Origin: a virus
Lineage: Duplodnaviria; Caudoviricetes
Length of the DNA: 41,218 nt
Strand: one strand, 5' to 3'
Virus record (IMG/VR): IMGVR_UViG_3300030433_001389
Span: 1-41,218 of that record
The position numbers and the translations under genes are program-made. The notes under the pieces are model-generated. The model searched no databases, was not told the origin of the DNA, and was given only the letters and a program-made list of their open reading frames with translations. Below are positions 37,811 through 41,218 of this stretch, piece by piece. Each line of letters starts with the position of its first letter. Positions within the stretch are counted from its first letter, which is position 1.

Positions 37811-38018
37811 TGACTTCAACTCCATGATGTTTGAACTTGGGTTTATTCAGTCGCGATTCGCGCCAAAGTGTATGACACTTCGGACACTCCCATATAAGCA
37901 CACGCGAATCTCTATCATTAACATATCGCCCTTCGAGCCTTTTCGCGAGAACCTTCTCTTTGCAGCCCGGACATCTTTGACTTAGACGCTCTCTCAGTTT
38001 ACCCAAAACTTCCACCAC
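37803..38018 (-). CDS. Zn-ribbon protein
   Basis: CPGC...WECPKC. Confidence 0.7.
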   Translation of the reverse strand: MVEVLGKLRERLSQRCPGCKEKVLAKRLEGRYVNDRDSRVLIWECPKCHTLWRESRLNKPKFKHHGVEVNG

Positions 38019-38101
38019 CTTTTTTTCGGTTTGAAAATACTGTTGGTTACAACCTGTTGGTCCATCACTTTTTTGACATATTCATCTAACCATTCATCCA
38101 T
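37994..38101 (-). CDS. 35-aa microprotein with KKRWWKFW C-terminus (not in ORF track)
   Basis: MDEWLDEYVKKVMDQQVVTNSIFKPKKRWWKFWVN; fills the gap, GTGA SD-like motif. Confidence 0.55.
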   Translation of the reverse strand: MDEWLDEYVKKVMDQQVVTNSIFKPKKRWWKFWVN

Positions 38102-38110
38102 ATTATCACA

Positions 38111-40240
38111 TCACAACGGAATTGGTGTACCAAATGTAAACGCAGGGTCAGCGAGAGCAGCCGCTATTCTGTCAATCGCTTCGGCTGTTGTACCGGGTGG
38201 AGGGGCAGCAAAAGCAGCACCAGCAAGAGCCGCAACAGGACCCGATAAAGCAGGGGAAACACCGGGGATATATACATCAGCCGCGGCATCTGTTGTATCA
38301 GTATCGGCTGAAGCAATAGTAATCGAGTCTGAACCTGCATTTGTAGTGATTGTAACATTCGACCCTGCAACAAGCGTGAGCGTATCATCTGCTGCGTCTG
38401 CTACCACATTCGATTGACCTGCAACTGCTATGGTCTTGAATGCTAAACTTGCACCACCACCACCACCCGAACCATTAGCAGCGGCAGTAATCCTACCTTG
38501 AGCATCAACGGTTATGTCAGCGTTGGTGTAAGAACCTGCGGTAACTGCGGTGTTGGCGAGAGAAACCGTTCCTGTGGAAGTAATAGTACCACCCGACAAA
38601 CCCGTTCCCGTAGCAACACTTGTAACGGTTCCAGCATTAGCGGTTGCTCCGTCTGCTACATTCAGTAGCGTTTGTACTTCCGCTTTTGTAATACCTGTGG
38701 CGAAAGCGGGTGTACCACTGTTATCTTCAATAGCAGGTGCAGCGGTCGCGGTAGCACTTGCGGCGATACCATTCAACTTTGTGTGGTCAGCATCGGTGAA
38801 TACATTGGAGTCAGTAGCGGCTTCAACCGCCGCGCGGATTTCAGCATTGGATTGGTCTGCCGTTGCACCTGCTTCAACGCCAAGAAGCGTCAATACTTCG
38901 GCTTGTGTGATACCTGTGGTAAACGCGGGTGTACCACTGTTATCGTAAATTGCAGGGACATTGGCAATGATGGCTGATTGATAATCACAACGCAACCATT
39001 CGCTTCCGTCGTAAATAAAAGTAGCACGATGACCGGCGGATAGCGTAGCGTTTAATCCGCTTGGTGATGTTTGGTTGTCAAACACGATTGAGCCTGTTCC
39101 ATCATTGCATACTTCGATGATGTGACCTTCGGGGAACTTGTAATTCGCGCTTGCATCCCTTTCGGGGTTTAGTGTAATTGTTACACCACCGTTTGGTGAA
39201 AGCATCAAAAACGAATCTCCTTCTGCTGTTAACACCCATGTTCCGTTTGTTGTAAGTCCTGTGCTTGTAGCGTCAACACCGCGCCCATGTAGTCGCACCG
39301 AGTAGTGTCCTGTCTGCTCATTGTTGCGTCCAGCGAAATAGAATGAATCAGCCGCATGAGTACCACCCCTATCAACACCACGCGATGGTCCTTGCCCGTA
39401 ACCTGCGTCACTTGAACTCGGTGGAGTTTGAGCAAAGGAACCGTATCGTGGGTGACTTACCCAATGTGCGTTTACTGTATCTGTAACTGCAAGTTCACCG
39501 TTATCGTTGTGTATTGCATTTAGATGAGCAATTGTGTTTATTCCTTCTGCGCCTCCGTCTGATATTTCACCGCTTGATATTGAACCCACTGATAATGGCA
39601 CTCGGTAATCAGCAGAACCTTCTATGAAAACACGCTTATCATTTATTTCTAAGATGTTGAGATTGTTGGTTCCGCCACCACTTGCTACATACTGAACCCT
39701 TACATGCGCAAGCACTACCGTTTTCATGTTATCTTGTGTCGCGCCTGTATCGTAGTCAATCAGATATTGGTTAGCAGCAGATGGGTAAACTCCTGTTGTA
39801 GTATCAACAGGGCTACCCGCTTCGTAATACACTTTGTTGTTACCACCACTAGGTGCAACATAGATTGTGAAAATCACTTCTTCGTTAGCAGAAAGCGCAA
39901 GCGCGCCACTACCATGTGAACCGCTATTCAAGTCTAGCGTGATTGTGTTACCTACACCCGAACCAAACTCATACAGTGCGCCATCAAGCACCGCGAATCC
40001 GCCACTTACAGTAAGTGTACTAGCGGATGCGCGTACCATAGAACCGGGTTGGTTACCGCTATTAGTTTCATTACGAGTGGAACCGTATGCACCATCTTGG
40101 TAGCGCAGTATTCCATTTCCTTGAACACCCTGTATTAGATTTGTTAGTGTGGTAGGCGAGAGCGAATCGCCATCGCGCAAACCGTCTTGTCCTAGTGTAT
40201 TTTGCGCGGCTGTATGCCCTGCTATGTTATCAGTTGCCAT
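38111..40240 (-). CDS. tail fibre / virion structural protein
   Basis: G/A/T/S-rich; fibre-type segments KLNGIAASATA and AGSYTNADITVDAQGRITAA; likely start MATDN. Confidence 0.8.
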   Translation of the reverse strand: MATDNIAGHTAAQNTLGQDGLRDGDSLSPTTLTNLIQGVQGNGILRYQDGAYGSTRNETNSGNQPGSMVRASASTLTVSGGFAVLDGALYEFGSGVGNTITLDLNSGSHGSGALALSANEEVIFTIYVAPSGGNNKVYYEAGSPVDTTTGVYPSAANQYLIDYDTGATQDNMKTVVLAHVRVQYVASGGGTNNLNILEINDKRVFIEGSADYRVPLSVGSISSGEISDGGAEGINTIAHLNAIHNDNGELAVTDTVNAHWVSHPRYGSFAQTPPSSSDAGYGQGPSRGVDRGGTHAADSFYFAGRNNEQTGHYSVRLHGRGVDATSTGLTTNGTWVLTAEGDSFLMLSPNGGVTITLNPERDASANYKFPEGHIIEVCNDGTGSIVFDNQTSPSGLNATLSAGHRATFIYDGSEWLRCDYQSAIIANVPAIYDNSGTPAFTTGITQAEVLTLLGVEAGATADQSNAEIRAAVEAATDSNVFTDADHTKLNGIAASATATAAPAIEDNSGTPAFATGITKAEVQTLLNVADGATANAGTVTSVATGTGLSGGTITSTGTVSLANTAVTAGSYTNADITVDAQGRITAAANGSGGGGGASLAFKTIAVAGQSNVVADAADDTLTLVAGSNVTITTNAGSDSITIASADTDTTDAAADVYIPGVSPALSGPVAALAGAAFAAPPPGTTAEAIDRIAAALADPAFTFGTPIPL
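38639..38956 (-). repeat. two 33-aa (99-bp) repeats in the tail fibre
   Basis: PAIYDNSGTPAFTTGITQAEVLTLLGVEAGATA (38858-38956) and PAIEDNSGTPAFATGITKAEVQTLLNVADGATA (38639-38737). Confidence 0.9.
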
Positions 40241-40970
40241 CGTCTTGCACCTCTTCAAATCTATCTCTTAGTATTGGTTTACGCGCTATAATGTGCTGAT
40301 GCCCGCCATGCATTTTTACCGGAACTCCGTCTATATTTCTCACCATAACCACACCGGGACGCTCATTAGGTTTGCTTTTCGATTGAGTCGCAAAAGACCG
40401 CGCTTCATTAGGGTCAGTTGTAAAATACAAACCGGGGGAAGGTGGTCGCATGTTATCGGGGTAGCGAATATTTCCCTTTGGTTGTAACCCCTCTTGCAAG
40501 GCTGTGTTTAAGCGCGAAGTGCCGTGATACCACGGACCTTCGGGTGATTTGAGTATTCGCCATGCTATTTCCATTGGATTACCTCTCCGAAAAATCTCCG
40601 CCGCAGGGTTTTTCATTTTCATACCTGCTCCCGCAAAAGGAGTAAATGCAAAAGTTGGTCTTTGATTACTTCCCACGGTATGACCTATTATTGGTTCTCC
40701 AACTGCACTTGCGCTAAAATCAACAAAGTCATCCCATCGCTTGTTACGCATTTGTTCAAACAAACTATCTTCTATTTGCTCTCTCGATGGGACCAAATGA
40801 CCTAATGCTTGACTTTGAAAATCATCTCTGTAATCATCTTGCGGGTGTGATAATTCTTTATGCGAAAGCCCCGTTCCTTGACAGGACATGCAATGTATTT
40901 TGCGCCCATCATGCATTCCATGACCGCCGCTACCGTTACAGTATTCACAAGGTAAGTAGTCATCCATCAT
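40230..40970 (-). CDS. CxxCxGxG Zn finger + AWxILK motif + ADP-ribosyltransferase-fold domain
   Basis: CEYCNGSG/CMSCQGTG; PMEIAWRILK; WYHGT..GL..GLYFTT..ARSFA. Confidence 0.72.
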   Translation of the reverse strand: MMDDYLPCEYCNGSGGHGMHDGRKIHCMSCQGTGLSHKELSHPQDDYRDDFQSQALGHLVPSREQIEDSLFEQMRNKRWDDFVDFSASAVGEPIIGHTVGSNQRPTFAFTPFAGAGMKMKNPAAEIFRRGNPMEIAWRILKSPEGPWYHGTSRLNTALQEGLQPKGNIRYPDNMRPPSPGLYFTTDPNEARSFATQSKSKPNERPGVVMVRNIDGVPVKMHGGHQHIIARKPILRDRFEEVQDDGN

Positions 40971-41218
40971 ACCACCTCCAATATGAATGAAAAGCGCAGT
41001 TCGTTTTCTGCACTCTTAGTTAATGAATGAATGTCTGCGCGATACACAGGAATGAACTCTCCTGTTGACGCGTCTTTGTATTGGATATAAACTTCTTGGA
41101 TTGGTTTAGCAAACACATACGATGCGTTTAACATCCCTTCGACGAGTATGCTTGAGTCGTCAAGTATCTGCACACGCGGTACAATGCGTGCCAATGTGCG
41201 CGCACCGCCGTCTTCTGA
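40967..41218 (-). CDS. putative virion/tail protein, 5'-truncated by the window edge
   Basis: Frame open to the window end (SEDGGARTLARIVP...); ATGA-coupled to the next gene. Confidence 0.65.
   Translation of the reverse strand, partial: SEDGGARTLARIVPRVQILDDSSILVEGMLNASYVFAKPIQEVYIQYKDASTGEFIPVYRADIHSLTKSAENELRFSFILEVV

Noticed and set aside
38639-38956. DGR template/variable repeat pair
   Set aside because: Both copies are in-frame and coding, differences are not adenine-specific, and there is no reverse transcriptase in the window
35646-40990. + strand ORFs in the right arm (e.g. 37365..37985, 38031..38417)
   Set aside because: Antisense shadows of the - strand genes
1-41218. Cellular archaeal chromosome or integrated provirus boundary
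   Set aside because: No ribosomal or metabolic host genes, integrase or att site seen; dense ORFans and a tail fibre indicate a virus

Overview
A 41-kb segment of a tailed archaeal dsDNA virus. It most resembles 'magroviruses' of Marine Group II Euryarchaeota/Poseidoniales; this is inferred from gene content, with no database search. Bases 1-35.66 kb form one + strand arm of tightly coupled genes (ATGA/TAATG overlaps, GGAGG/GGTGA SD motifs). Its early/accessory block holds an SF2 helicase, SAP protein, DUF932 protein, two Pyr_excise/DenV-like paralogues, a HARP-SNF2 helicase and many Zn-finger microproteins. Next come a catalytically eroded DNA ligase, a LAGLIDADG-like gene and an AT-rich putative origin. 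An archaeal-type replication module follows (RFC-S, probable SSB, RecA/Sak4-like ATPase, PCNA, PolB, Cas4-like nuclease, PriS-PriL fusion, ERCC4, MCM-like helicase, DEDD exonuclease), then a thermosome. From 35.64 kb the - strand carries the end of the virion arm: a tail-fibre-like protein and mosaic proteins sharing a P[IM][DE][LI]AWxILK motif, one followed by an ADP-ribosyltransferase-fold domain. Best leads: this putative tagged virion-cargo/effector system, a structured 224-nt intergenic RNA, and the dead-ligase/LAGLIDADG/origin cluster.
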